64,000 nt of DNA, taken from positions 9,671 through 73,670 of the forward strand of contig JAFGGB010000124.1 in assembly GCA_016930775.1 (NCBI GenBank), read 5' to 3'. The notes below the pieces were generated by a model, which had not been told where the DNA came from, made no database searches, and worked only from the letters and a program-made list of their open reading frames with translations. The stretch is from Deltaproteobacteria bacterium (GTDB lineage: Bacteria > Desulfobacterota > Syntrophia > Syntrophales > UBA2210). Every line of letters begins with the position of its first letter. Positions within the stretch are counted from its first letter, which is position 1. The translations under genes were made by a program, and so were the position numbers. Of the stretch, positions 10,908-19,353 are shown piece after piece.

Positions 10908-11888
10908 ATGGCGATACTCGTGACGGGCGGGGCAGGCTATATCGGGTCGATTTGCGTGGAAGAGCTGTTGGCCGAGGGGCATGAAGTCGTCGTTATTGAC
11001 AATCTTCAGGAAGGTCACCGGGAGGCTCTGATGGCGAAGGCGGTCTTCTACGAGGGCGACTTCGGGGACCGGTCAATGCTCGATCGAATCTTCCGGGAGC
11101 GCGAAATCGATGCGGTCATGCATTTCGCGGCCGACACGAAAGTGGAGGAATCGATGCGCGATCCAGGGCGGTATTTTTTGAACAATGCCGCAAAGGGCAT
11201 TGCCCTACTCGATGCGATGCTGGCCGCCCGCTGCCGCAGGATAATTTTCTCGTCGACGGCGGCGGTCTTCGGCGAGCCGCAGTATATTCCCGTGGACGAA
11301 GGGCACCCCCTCGCCCCCGTCAATCCCTACGGGGAGTCAAAATTATTTTTCGAGAGGATTCTTCACTGGTACAACCAGTCTCGGGGAATTGCTTTCATCG
11401 TACTGCGCTACTTCAACGCCGCCGGGGCTACAGAACGTTTCGGCGACGCCCACAGAAAGCCGACCCTTCTCATTCCCGTAATCATGGAGGCGCTCCTTGG
11501 CAAACGTGAATCCCTGCGAATCAACGGCCGGGATTATCCCACAGACGACGGCACCTGCGTCCGTGATTACATTCATGTTAAAGATATCGCCAGAGCCCAT
11601 GTCCTCGCTCTCGATCGGATCGATGAGCATCCGCAGTCCCTCTTCAATCTCGGCAACGGTCGGGGATTTACAAATCTGCAGGTACTGCGGACGGTAGAGG
11701 AGGTGACGGGGCGAACCGTTCCATTTGATATGGGGCCTCGCCGGGCGGGAGATCCGGCCGTGCTCGTAGCTTCATCTGACCAGGCCCGAAACAAACTGGG
11801 ATGGGCGCCCGCGCATGTTAGGCTGGAAGATATAGTGCGGTCGGCTTGGGAATGGCGCCGGACCCATCCCGACGGCTATAAAAAATAA
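10908..11888 (+). CDS. galE: UDP-glucose 4-epimerase
   Basis: 326 aa. Motifs: [21 protein letters not shown] (YxxxK), LRYFNAAGA, and DGTCVRDYIHVKDIARAH. Confidence 0.9.
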   Translation: MAILVTGGAGYIGSICVEELLAEGHEVVVIDNLQEGHREALMAKAVFYEGDFGDRSMLDRIFREREIDAVMHFAADTKVEESMRDPGRYFLNNAAKGIALLDAMLAARCRRIIFSSTAAVFGEPQYIPVDEGHPLAPVNPYGESKLFFERILHWYNQSRGIAFIVLRYFNAAGATERFGDAHRKPTLLIPVIMEALLGKRESLRINGRDYPTDDGTCVRDYIHVKDIARAHVLALDRIDEHPQSLFNLGNGRGFTNLQVLRTVEEVTGRTVPFDMGPRRAGDPAVLVASSDQARNKLGWAPAHVRLEDIVRSAWEWRRTHPDGYKK

Positions 11889-12303
11889 TCCGTTCATCAG
11901 TCAGAGCATCATGTAATAAGCAATGCTGTTAAGCATATGCAATTTATATAAAATTATCTCCGGGTCATATTATATTGAATAGTAAAGCCGCATAGTGTAT
12001 ACATAAGCCGTTTCAAGTTTTTGCAGCATCTTTCTGCACCGTTTTACCTGAAAGCCTGTTCCAAGTTCTGACAGTTTTAACCTGATTTGCCTCGGAAGCA
12101 GCTCTCTTCGGGATTTCCATTTCCGGGGTCTATGTCGTAACGGAGCCGGTCCCGCAGCGCTCGGCAAAGCTCATCGATCCTCATGCTGTAAGAGCATGGG
12201 AAAACACTGCAATCGGTCCTACCGTTCCCGCTGGTCAGTCCCTGCATTCTTACACGGCGGTCCGGTCGATCAATTGCTTCTGCGGAAGGAGGATGTGCGA
12301 ATT

Positions 12304-12579
12304 ATGAAACGGGCAATTGTTTGTGCAATGCTTTGTTTTTTTCTGATTTCTTTGGCGCCTGCCGTTGCTCTCTCGGCGGGCGAAGGTACGATCAATATAA
12401 ACACGGCGCCGGTTGAAGAACTTGTGAAGTTGAAACGAATCGGGCCATCCTATGCCCAAAGGATCGTTGATTACAGAAAGACCCAGGGACCATTTAAAAA
12501 ACCCGAAGACATCATGAAGGTCCAGGGCATCGGAATGAAAACCCTGGAAGCGAACAAGGATCGTATTGTCTGCCAATAA
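12304..12579 (+). CDS. comEA: ComEA-family helix-hairpin-helix DNA-binding protein with signal peptide
   Basis: The ORF track starts at 12196. I prefer ATG 12304 (MKRAIVCAMLCFFLISLAPAVALSAG), which follows ggaaggagg. The HhH motif is ININTAPVEELVKLKRIGPSYAQRIVDYR...VQGIG. Confidence 0.85.
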   Translation: MKRAIVCAMLCFFLISLAPAVALSAGEGTININTAPVEELVKLKRIGPSYAQRIVDYRKTQGPFKKPEDIMKVQGIGMKTLEANKDRIVCQ

Positions 12580-12586
12580 GGCGAAC

Positions 12587-12622
12587 GGAGGCCGTCGATG
12601 CGGGACCGGCTTCCTTTGTTTC
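12587..12622 (+). terminator. Stem-loop plus T-tract between convergent comEA and the Nudix gene
   Basis: GGAGGCCG (12587-12594) pairs with CGGCTTCC (12607-12614) to give 8 bp including one G-T. It is followed by tttgtttc. Confidence 0.45.
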
Positions 12623-13481
12623 AGCTGTTATCTCCCGTCAGATAGTTCCGTGGGAGTGTCCGTTCGGCAATGGTCAACGGCGTTTCAGGAACGGGATCCT
12701 GTTGCAGAACATTCGTGAAAAAGGACCTGATGATCGTGAAGGTTGCTCCCCAGAGAATTTCTTCCGTGCCTTTGTCGGAGAAAAGAAGGCACGGGAAACC
12801 AGGAGACTCGTTTCGCGCGTCGCCTTCCCCCGCAAGCCTGAGCATGCCGTAATTGGAGGGATCGCAGAACAATGAAAGGGGAACATCGACGATTTTCTCC
12901 ACCTCGTCGTTCGGCACAGCCGCCCAGGGATGCCGTATGTAGCCGACTAGGGGGAAGATCGTTCGCGTGAACAGACGAAGGGAATATGTTGGCAAGGCGC
13001 CCAAAAGCCGTATGTTCAGCGGACCGAGGTTCACTTCCTCCTTGCTTTCGCGGAGCGCCGCGGCTGCGAAGAGAAGGAAATGACGGAAAGCCTCGCGTCC
13101 CTGCTTCCGGACGGTCTTCCGAGGCCTTCCCCAGAGAACAGGCGGGATGCCCCAGGCAATAAGGTGCGCCCGACGCCCATCCTGGAGGGGTTCGATCATG
13201 CCCCCGGGACCCCCGATATCGCCTCCCTGGGGAACGCGCGACGACCTTTTGATGAGCTTAAAGACGAATTCGCCTTGCTCTTCCCGTTCCGTGTCGGTGT
13301 GTCTGAAAAAGAGCGGAATCAGAACTCCTGCCGCTCGCCATTCGGCATGCTCGCCTATCCATCGGTATCGTTCGGAGAAGTCGGAGGGTATATGTTCGAA
13401 CCGGTTTATGATAAGGGTAAGAAAGCGCCGCCGGTCTCTTAGCAGGTCGATCTCGAAGCGTTCTTTTGACTTCGTTGTCAC
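12621..13481 (-). CDS. Nudix-family hydrolase (CoA-pyrophosphatase-like) with an interrupted Nudix box
   Basis: 286 aa. GGDIGGPGGMIEP is separated by about 45 residues from ALRESKEEVNLGP (the REUxEE part of the Nudix box). The start overlaps the upstream gene's stop by 4 bp. Confidence 0.6.
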   Translation of the reverse strand: MTTKSKERFEIDLLRDRRRFLTLIINRFEHIPSDFSERYRWIGEHAEWRAAGVLIPLFFRHTDTEREEQGEFVFKLIKRSSRVPQGGDIGGPGGMIEPLQDGRRAHLIAWGIPPVLWGRPRKTVRKQGREAFRHFLLFAAAALRESKEEVNLGPLNIRLLGALPTYSLRLFTRTIFPLVGYIRHPWAAVPNDEVEKIVDVPLSLFCDPSNYGMLRLAGEGDARNESPGFPCLLFSDKGTEEILWGATFTIIRSFFTNVLQQDPVPETPLTIAERTLPRNYLTGDNS

Positions 13482-14461
13482 GAAGAAAGGTCCTTTGTGA
13501 AAAGATTTTCAATATGGAGCTCGTACCAGCAGCCGAAGGGGAAGGGGTCTATGAATCCGCAATGACCTCCATATGGCCGGACATCGACGCTAAGAAAGCT
13601 GTTTCCCTTGAGGCGATAGAGAGCGTCCAGCGGGATGACGGGGTCATCCTCGGCCATGATGATAGTCGCCGGCGCCTGCAGGTCATAAAAAATTCCGTCT
13701 TTCAGTGTGTAGCGGTTGAAATAATCTCGGCAGTCGCCGAAGTCCGAGTAATCTCTGATTAACCGATCCGTCATTTGGAGGATGCTTGTCGCGGCGAGAA
13801 TATTGGTAAAATCATAACGATCGGGGAAAAGCTTCTCTTTTGTCCGGAGAGATCGTTTCCATTTTTTAATGAAGTAAGCCCGGTACAGGAATAATCCCTC
13901 ATCAATCATGACGGTCGATCGGTATGGGTCCAAAACCGGGCTTACGGCAACAACCCGTCGGAGACCGGCCACGGCGCCGATAGACTGGCGCAACGCTATT
14001 CTGAGAGCGAAATTGGCGCCCAGGGAAAAGCCCATCAGGAAGACCGGCCCGCCCCGGGCAATCTCGGCGATTCGGGCAACGGCGCCCGTCGTCTCGTCAA
14101 TGAGCGCTCCGTGAAAAATTCCTTCGTTTAGATGATGGCTGTTCCCGTGATCTCTTAGGTTGAGCCGGAATATATCGTATTCCCGGTCGAAAAAAAAGCT
14201 TCCGCTATGAAGAATATAGGCTGAGTCGGAGCTTCCTTCCCAGCCATGAATCAGTATGACGAGTCCTCGGCTATTCTTATGGTCATGGGAAGAATGAAAT
14301 CCCAGGAGGCGCGTTCCGACGCCTGTGTCGATGATGCATTGCCGGGATTTTCTGATCATCGTGGAATTTCGGTGAACCCTGAAGCGCAAACTTGCCGTTA
14401 TGGTCTGGACGTGCCGGTTGCGAAACAACCGGCTGGGGCTGAAGCAATTTTCACCGTTCAT
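13478..14461 (-). CDS. Alpha/beta-fold hydrolase (YheT-like)
   Basis: 327 aa. Motifs: LVILIHGWEGSSDSAY and the nucleophile elbow GFSLGAN. The C-terminal His region reads YGGHCGF. Confidence 0.8.
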   Translation of the reverse strand: MNGENCFSPSRLFRNRHVQTITASLRFRVHRNSTMIRKSRQCIIDTGVGTRLLGFHSSHDHKNSRGLVILIHGWEGSSDSAYILHSGSFFFDREYDIFRLNLRDHGNSHHLNEGIFHGALIDETTGAVARIAEIARGGPVFLMGFSLGANFALRIALRQSIGAVAGLRRVVAVSPVLDPYRSTVMIDEGLFLYRAYFIKKWKRSLRTKEKLFPDRYDFTNILAATSILQMTDRLIRDYSDFGDCRDYFNRYTLKDGIFYDLQAPATIIMAEDDPVIPLDALYRLKGNSFLSVDVRPYGGHCGFIDPFPFGCWYELHIENLFTKDLSS

Positions 14462-14510
14462 GACGGTCGTTCTTGATTCCTTTTGTGGCGGCCCCGCAGA
14501 GGCAGGGGCA

Positions 14511-15119
14511 TTATCTCTTCTCTTCCCTGTGTATCGCCGCTATGCATCGCTCGATTTCTTCTTTTGTTACGGCGCCTGACAGGCGTTTCACGATCGCTCC
14601 GTCGCTGAGAAAAAGAATGGTTGGCGTGCGGTCAACATTGTATCTTCGGACCAGCCGGGGATTTTTATCGGAATGGACTCTGATGAACTTGATGCCGCCG
14701 GCGTAGCGGGGCGCCATGTCGTCGAAAAGAGGAACAACGGTGCGGCAGTTGACGCACCACGGCGCCCATACACACAGGGCAACGGGACCGGGAAAGCCCA
14801 ATGCTTCCTCTTTAAAGCTGTCGTCCGTAACGTCCACTGCCATTCCCTTGTAAAGAGGCGAACCGCAACGGCCGCAGAGAGGCCTGTGGAGAAGCCGTTC
14901 CTCGGGAATCCGGTTTTTCGCATCGCACTCCAGGCAGGTTATGATAAATTCATCGAGAAACGTGCTGCAATGACCGCAGAGAGGCCGTTCCCGCAGACGC
15001 GTTTGCGGTATCCTGTTTTTGGTTCCGCACCGGCAACACCGTATTATCAGGTGGGTATCGCACAGGATTTCAACAGTTTGCCTGCCTGAGTTGTTCTTTT
15101 TCGATGAATCAATGGACAT
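14511..15119 (-). CDS. Thioredoxin-2-like protein with tandemly duplicated N-terminal zinc ribbon and CVNC active site
   Basis: 202 aa. Two copies of a CxxC-x3-NRIP-x(9-10)-CGxC module are present: CCRCGTKNRIPQTRLRERPLCGHC and CLECDAKNRIPEERLLHRPLCGRC. The thioredoxin fold follows, with WAPWCVNCR. Confidence 0.85.
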   Translation of the reverse strand: MSIDSSKKNNSGRQTVEILCDTHLIIRCCRCGTKNRIPQTRLRERPLCGHCSTFLDEFIITCLECDAKNRIPEERLLHRPLCGRCGSPLYKGMAVDVTDDSFKEEALGFPGPVALCVWAPWCVNCRTVVPLFDDMAPRYAGGIKFIRVHSDKNPRLVRRYNVDRTPTILFLSDGAIVKRLSGAVTKEEIERCIAAIHREEKR

Positions 15120-15137
15120 GCTCTTCGTTTCCCGCTT

Positions 15138-16130
15138 TTAGAGAGAGGAAAACATTTTAACCGTTCCTCCGCGACCGAGAATGTCATGGAGGTGGATGCA
15201 TCCCTTGAGCCGTCCGCGATTGTCGACAACTGCGAAGGAAGTGATCTCGTCTTTCTGCATCGCTTCGATCGTTTGCGAGAGCGGCGCTTCTGCATCAATC
15301 GTTTTCGGCGATGCCGTCATGAGGCTGTCCACGGTGACGCCTTCGAAGGGGACGCCCTGCCGTATGTAACGACGAAGATCACCGTCGGTAAGAACGCCCC
15401 GGAGCATATCGTCCAGACCGATGACGAGAATGAAGCCCAAATTTTTATTGTCGAGCTCTGTGATGGCATCGAGGGCTCCCGTTCCGGAGAGAACTTTTGG
15501 AATATCCGTTCCCTCCAGCATTACATCCTTTACCCGGGCCATGAGCCGATCGCCCAGGTGCCCTCCGGGGTGATACCGGTAGAAATCGCCTTTGCTGAAC
15601 TGCTTCTTCTTTATCAATGCGACGGCAAGTGCGTCGCCCATTGCCAGTGTGGCCGTCGTGCTTGACGTCGGCGCCAGGTCGAAGGGGCAGGCTTCTCTCG
15701 TTACGCCTACATTGATGACGATATCACTCGACCGTGCGAGAGTGGAGTTTCCGTTGCCCGTAAAGGCGATAAGCGGGGCGCCGAGATCCTCGACGCAGGA
15801 GATGATCAGCGTCAACTCCCGAGTCTCGCCGCTGTTCGATATAGCGAGTATTACGTCGTCTTTCGTGACGATTCCGAGATCGCCGTGGAGACCTTCAACG
15901 GGGTGAAGAAAGATGGCCGGCGTGCCCGTACTGGTGAGGGTTGCCGCAATTTTTTTCCCCACGAGGCCTGATTTGCCGATTCCCGTTACGATGACGCGGC
16001 CTTTCGATCGGGATATCATTTCCACTGCGGCGATGAAATTCTCGTCGATCCGTTCGAGCAGATTGAGAATGCTCTCCGCCTCGATCTTGAGAACCTCACG
16101 GCCCTGCTCTATTATTTCCTCGTTATTCAT
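15138..16130 (-). CDS. kpsF: Arabinose-5-phosphate isomerase (SIS domain plus CBS pair), KpsF/GutQ family
   Basis: 330 aa. Motifs: VIVTGIGKSGLVGKKIAATLTSTG, AISNSGET, and two C-terminal CBS-like repeats. Confidence 0.9.
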   Translation of the reverse strand: MNNEEIIEQGREVLKIEAESILNLLERIDENFIAAVEMISRSKGRVIVTGIGKSGLVGKKIAATLTSTGTPAIFLHPVEGLHGDLGIVTKDDVILAISNSGETRELTLIISCVEDLGAPLIAFTGNGNSTLARSSDIVINVGVTREACPFDLAPTSSTTATLAMGDALAVALIKKKQFSKGDFYRYHPGGHLGDRLMARVKDVMLEGTDIPKVLSGTGALDAITELDNKNLGFILVIGLDDMLRGVLTDGDLRRYIRQGVPFEGVTVDSLMTASPKTIDAEAPLSQTIEAMQKDEITSFAVVDNRGRLKGCIHLHDILGRGGTVKMFSSL

Positions 16131-16195
16131 TCTATGTTCCTCTAAAGCGGAATTGCTTCAATCTGTCCCGAACCGTTTTGGGATGTGGAACCGCC

Positions 16196-16277
16196 GGGAA
16201 AATACGGTAGAAAAAGCAGATTTCTACCTATCAGATATTATTTCTATTGACAAGACGGCTGCTTTTCCGGAGCCGTC
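16196..16277 (-). terminator. Two hairpins downstream of nrdG, the second followed by a U-tract
   Basis: Hairpin 1: GACGGCT (16254-16260) pairs with AGCCGTC (16271-16277). Hairpin 2: GGTAGAAA (16206-16213) pairs with TTTCTACC (16221-16228). On the minus strand hairpin 2 is followed by gtattttccc. Confidence 0.45.
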
Positions 16278-16329
16278 GGCAGAAGACCCTTGTATCTCCG
16301 CGGCGCCTGTCGGGCCGGTAATCCCACTG

Positions 16330-17019
16330 TCAGCGAATGGACACCCGTGCGATCTCTCTAGCAAGAACTTCTCTGGCCTCTTCGATCTCGCCATCGGAAA
16401 AGGGTTCCGCCGTTCTGTAACGTTCGTTCACGTGTTTCGACGGGACGAAGCGTTGCAGAACAAGATGGCTGGCGCCGGCCAGGAGGTTTGCAAGAGCCAG
16501 AAGATCCACGGCGTTCAGGAGTCCTTTCACCAGCGTTGTGCGGAATTCGTACTCGATGCCCGAGGTTTTAATAAGATTAATGCTCCGGAGTGTATCGTCC
16601 GGTGAAACCGCAACGCCGGCGACGGCGCCGTACCGTTCCAAGGGCGCTTTTACATCCATAGCCCAGAAATCGACGAGCCGACGGTTCAGAAGATCTTCAA
16701 CTGCATCCGGCACTGACCCGTTCGTATCCACTTTTATCATGAAGCCTCGTGCCTTTATCCGGGCAATGAAATCAATAAGATCGGACTGGATGAGGGGTTC
16801 CCCGCCGGTGATCGAAACTGCATCGATTTTGCCTGTGCGCCTGTCCAGAAAATGAAAAAAGGTTTTTTCACTCACCAAAGGGCCAAACCGTTCAGGCAGG
16901 ACCAATTCCGGATTGTGACAGTAGGGGCACCGGAAGTTGCAACCCTGCGTGAAGATAATTGCTGAAATAAGACCCGGATAATCTATGAGCGTGAATGGCT
17001 GAAAACCGCCGATCTTCAT
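16330..17019 (-). CDS. nrdG: Anaerobic ribonucleoside-triphosphate reductase activating protein (radical SAM)
   Basis: 229 aa. It carries the radical-SAM cluster motif GCNFRCPYCHN and lies 3 bp downstream of nrdD. Confidence 0.9.
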   Translation of the reverse strand: MKIGGFQPFTLIDYPGLISAIIFTQGCNFRCPYCHNPELVLPERFGPLVSEKTFFHFLDRRTGKIDAVSITGGEPLIQSDLIDFIARIKARGFMIKVDTNGSVPDAVEDLLNRRLVDFWAMDVKAPLERYGAVAGVAVSPDDTLRSINLIKTSGIEYEFRTTLVKGLLNAVDLLALANLLAGASHLVLQRFVPSKHVNERYRTAEPFSDGEIEEAREVLAREIARVSIR

Positions 17020-17022
17020 GGA

Positions 17023-19122
17023 TCAGATTCTGAAGACTTTGCGCATATGGAATTCTTCCTGCTTTCCCTTGTTCCACTGCATTACGGGTCGCAGATAACC
17101 GACGACGCGGGAAAAGACTTCGCAGGGTTGCCTGCAGGAGGGGCAATTTTCCTGCGCACCGGTCAGGTATCCGTGGTTTTGACAAATGCTGAAAGTGGGC
17201 GAGAAGGTGAAATAGGGGAGGCGGTACATTTCACATATCCGTTTCACCAGCGCTTTCACGGATGAGGAATCGTGAATGCGCTCGCCTGCGAAGATGTGGA
17301 AGACCGTGCCGCCGGTGTATCGGCGCTGAATGTCATCCTGAATGTCCAGGGCCTCGAAGACGTCATCCGTGTAATTGACCGGCAACTGCGTAGAATTCGT
17401 GTAGTAAACTTTGTCGGTCGCCGCCGGACCTCCATTGCCGTTGCCGTTGCCGCTGCAGATGATATCGGGAAATTTTTTTTTGTCGATGCGGGCGAGACTG
17501 TAGGAGGTGCCCTCGGCGGGCGTCGCTTCCAGATTGTAATTATTTCCCGTTTCCTCCTGAAACTCCAGGAGCTTTTCTCTCATGAAATCGAGGACTCTCT
17601 TGGAAAATTCCTGACCTTCCTCAGTGGCTATTGTTTTCCCCAGCAGGTTCAAACAGGCTTCGTTCATCCCCACGAGTCCTATCGTGGAGAAGTGATTCTT
17701 CCAGTAAGCTTTAAAGCGCTCCTTGATCGTGCGTAGATAATATTTTGTGTAGGGATAGAGATTGCCGTCTGTGAATTTCTCCAGGACTTTCCGCTTGATT
17801 TCGAGGCTTTCCTTCGCAAGATTCATGAATTTCTCGAGGCGATTCATGAATTCTTCTTCTGTTTCCGAGAGGAACCCGATGCGGGGCATGTTGATTGTGA
17901 CGACTCCGATCGATCCCGTCAGAGGGTTCGATCCGAAGAGCCCCCCTCCACGCTTGTTTAATTCGCGGTTGTCGATCCGGAGACGGCAGCACATGCTCCG
18001 GGCATCCTCGGGCTTCATGTCGGAATTGACGAAGTTGGAGAAATAAGGGACGCCGTACTTTGCCGTCATTTCCCAGAGATAATCGAGGTTCGGATTGTCC
18101 CACTTGAAGTCGCGGCTTATGCTGTACGTGGGAATCGGGAATGTGAAAACCCGTCCTTTGGCGTCTCCTTCGGCCATAACCTGCAGGAAGGCGCGATTGA
18201 AAATATTCATTTCTTCCTGAAATTCCTTGTAGGTTTCAGCCCGGGGAACGCCTCCGATGATGACGCTTTGATCGGTTAAGAAGCTCGGCACTTCCACATC
18301 AAGAGTCACGTTCGTGAAGGGCGTCTGGAAACCCACACGGGTGGGAACGTTGATGTTGAAGATGAATTCCTGAAGCGCCTGCCTCACGTCTGGAAATGTC
18401 AGTTTGTCGTAACGGATGAAAGGCGCCAGAAGCGTGTCGAAATGGGAGAAAGCCTGAGCGCCTGCCGCCTCTCCCTGAAGGGTATAGAAAAAATTCACGA
18501 TCTGACCGAGAGCGCTTCGGAGATGCTTGGCCGGCCTGCTTTCCACTTTTCCCGATGCACCCTGAAAACCCTCCATGAGGAGATCCTGAAGATCCCAACC
18601 AACGCAGTAGACAGAGAGCAGGCTCAGGTCATGAATGTGAAAATCGCCGTTCGCCTGTGCGTTTTTGATTTCGGCAGGGTAAATCTTATTCAGCCAGTAT
18701 GCCTTGCTGACTTCCGAGGAAATATAATTGTTCAGCCCCTGGAGCGAATAATCCATATTGCTGTTTTCGTTTATTTTCCAGTCCATTTTCTGGAGATACT
18801 GGTCGACCATTTCCACTTCCATTTTGCTGGTTATTTCACGGAGGCGGGCGTGCTGGTCCCGGTATATGATGTAGGCCTTTGCCGTTGAGCGGTAGGGGGA
18901 GCTGAGGAGAACCTCCTCCACAATATCCTGTGCATCCTCTACGCTAAATAAACGGCCGTCATACAACTGACCGATCATTGCGAGAACCTTCAGGGTCAAT
19001 CGTCCCGCCGTCTTTTCGTCGAATTCTCCGGTAGCGGCGCCGGCCTTCGCAATGGCGCTTGTGATCTTGCCGGCTTCAAACTTGACAAGTTCGCCGTTCC
19101 TTTTGAGGATTTTACTATGCAC
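17023..19122 (-). CDS. nrdD: Anaerobic ribonucleoside-triphosphate reductase (class III)
   Basis: 699 aa. The N-terminal ATP-cone reads ILKRNGELVKFEAGKITSAI. The C-terminal Zn site and glycyl-radical motif read CPSCRQPCEVFSRVVGYLRPV. Confidence 0.93.
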   Translation of the reverse strand: MHSKILKRNGELVKFEAGKITSAIAKAGAATGEFDEKTAGRLTLKVLAMIGQLYDGRLFSVEDAQDIVEEVLLSSPYRSTAKAYIIYRDQHARLREITSKMEVEMVDQYLQKMDWKINENSNMDYSLQGLNNYISSEVSKAYWLNKIYPAEIKNAQANGDFHIHDLSLLSVYCVGWDLQDLLMEGFQGASGKVESRPAKHLRSALGQIVNFFYTLQGEAAGAQAFSHFDTLLAPFIRYDKLTFPDVRQALQEFIFNINVPTRVGFQTPFTNVTLDVEVPSFLTDQSVIIGGVPRAETYKEFQEEMNIFNRAFLQVMAEGDAKGRVFTFPIPTYSISRDFKWDNPNLDYLWEMTAKYGVPYFSNFVNSDMKPEDARSMCCRLRIDNRELNKRGGGLFGSNPLTGSIGVVTINMPRIGFLSETEEEFMNRLEKFMNLAKESLEIKRKVLEKFTDGNLYPYTKYYLRTIKERFKAYWKNHFSTIGLVGMNEACLNLLGKTIATEEGQEFSKRVLDFMREKLLEFQEETGNNYNLEATPAEGTSYSLARIDKKKFPDIICSGNGNGNGGPAATDKVYYTNSTQLPVNYTDDVFEALDIQDDIQRRYTGGTVFHIFAGERIHDSSSVKALVKRICEMYRLPYFTFSPTFSICQNHGYLTGAQENCPSCRQPCEVFSRVVGYLRPVMQWNKGKQEEFHMRKVFRI

Positions 19123-19140
19123 GGTTCTTTTCTCCCAAAT

Positions 19141-19188
19141 GCCACAATATATTGTGGCTCATATTAGTCCTGCTACTATATATCGTCA
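19141..19188 (-). promoter_or_regulatory. Tandem NrdR boxes upstream of nrdD
   Basis: Box 1 is the perfect palindrome CCACAATATATTGTGG (19142-19157). Box 2 is CTACTATATATCGTCA (19173-19188). Their centres are 31 bp apart. Both resemble the published NrdR-box consensus acaCwAtATaTwGtgt and lie 20-66 nt upstream of the nrdD ATG. Confidence 0.75.
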
Positions 19189-19353
19189 AGATTATTTTTC
19201 TTCCCGTGTAAAGATTGGAAATTTTCTTGACTCTCCAAGAGAACCCATACTAGTATTTCAACGATTCGAACGGTCCCTGCGGCCCATTCTCAAAAGAATT
19301 GAGATTGCGGACGCGTTCTGGGCCATTATGTCCGCATAGAAGAGAGGTATGCA

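Noticed and set aside
11970-12183. 65-aa and 35-aa minus-strand ORFs in the AT-rich galE-comEA spacer, with a faint resemblance of ...YTMRLY to a tyrosine-recombinase C-terminus.
   Set aside because: The similarity is too weak and too short to call. The frames are broken. It may be a gene remnant, but I cannot support any assignment.
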